Shown here in pieces: positions 44,128 to 44,278 of a stretch of DNA of 44,278 nucleotides; within the stretch, counting starts at the first letter, position 1, and every line of letters begins with the position of its first letter. Source of the stretch: Chiloscyllium plagiosum. Lineage: Eukaryota. Position numbers and translations under genes: made by a program. The stretch is taken from the NCBI RefSeq assembly GCF_004010195.1, contig NW_025214468.1, positions 1 through 44,278 of the forward strand. The letters run 5' to 3'. The notes beneath the pieces are model-generated. The model was not told the DNA's origin. It worked only from the letters and a program-made list of their open reading frames with translations, and made no database searches.

Positions 44128-44278
44128 GATTATTGTGCATAGTTTTGGGCCCCATATCGCATGAAAGACATACTAACCCTGAAGTGTGTGCAGAGGAGGT
44201 TCATAAGAATGGTCTCAGGAATGAAAAACTTAACATATGAGGAATGTTTGAGGACTCTGTCTATACTTGATGGAGTTT
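44128..44278 (+). mobile_element. CR1 ORF2 C-terminal fragment, 5'-truncated, running off the window end
   Basis: Translation from 44128: DYCA*FWAPYRMKDILTLKCVQRRFIRMVSGMKNLTYEECLRTL. This is homologous to the YCMQLWSSHYRKD...YEERLREL segment of the CR1 at 647-1748 and has an in-frame stop. Confidence 0.88.

Noticed and set aside
37633..44240. Scattered 60-85 aa ORFs in the right flank (and 3008-3301 on the left)
   Set aside because: Lengths and compositions are as expected by chance in AT-rich DNA, and several start at non-ATG codons. 44007-44240 overlaps a CR1 fragment in the wrong frame.

Overview
Non-coding vertebrate genomic DNA. The CR1 LINE and SINE types resemble those of cartilaginous fish (inference from recalled consensus sequences, not a database search). 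About 75% of the window (4141-37080) is one tandem array of the 18-bp unit GAGAGAGAGCGCGTCAGA: 32,940 bp, exactly 1830 copies, with no variant unit that I could see. It sits inside a degenerate G/GA purine tract (G21 on the left, GA-rich tail on the right). The four ~11,000-aa ORFs are by-products of this stop-free repeat. The ~11 kb of AT-rich flank carries decayed retroelements: several CR1 fragments (one nested in another), a DeuSINE/SacSINE1-like tail, a tRNA-SINE head and a LINE 3' end with a (GAAT)n tail. It also has a candidate CTCF site and a homeodomain/POU/MEIS motif cluster. No host protein-coding gene, RNA gene or CRISPR array is supported. I found no convincing new biological system. 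The perfectly homogeneous array is the main anomaly, and it first needs to be shown real rather than an assembly consensus artefact.
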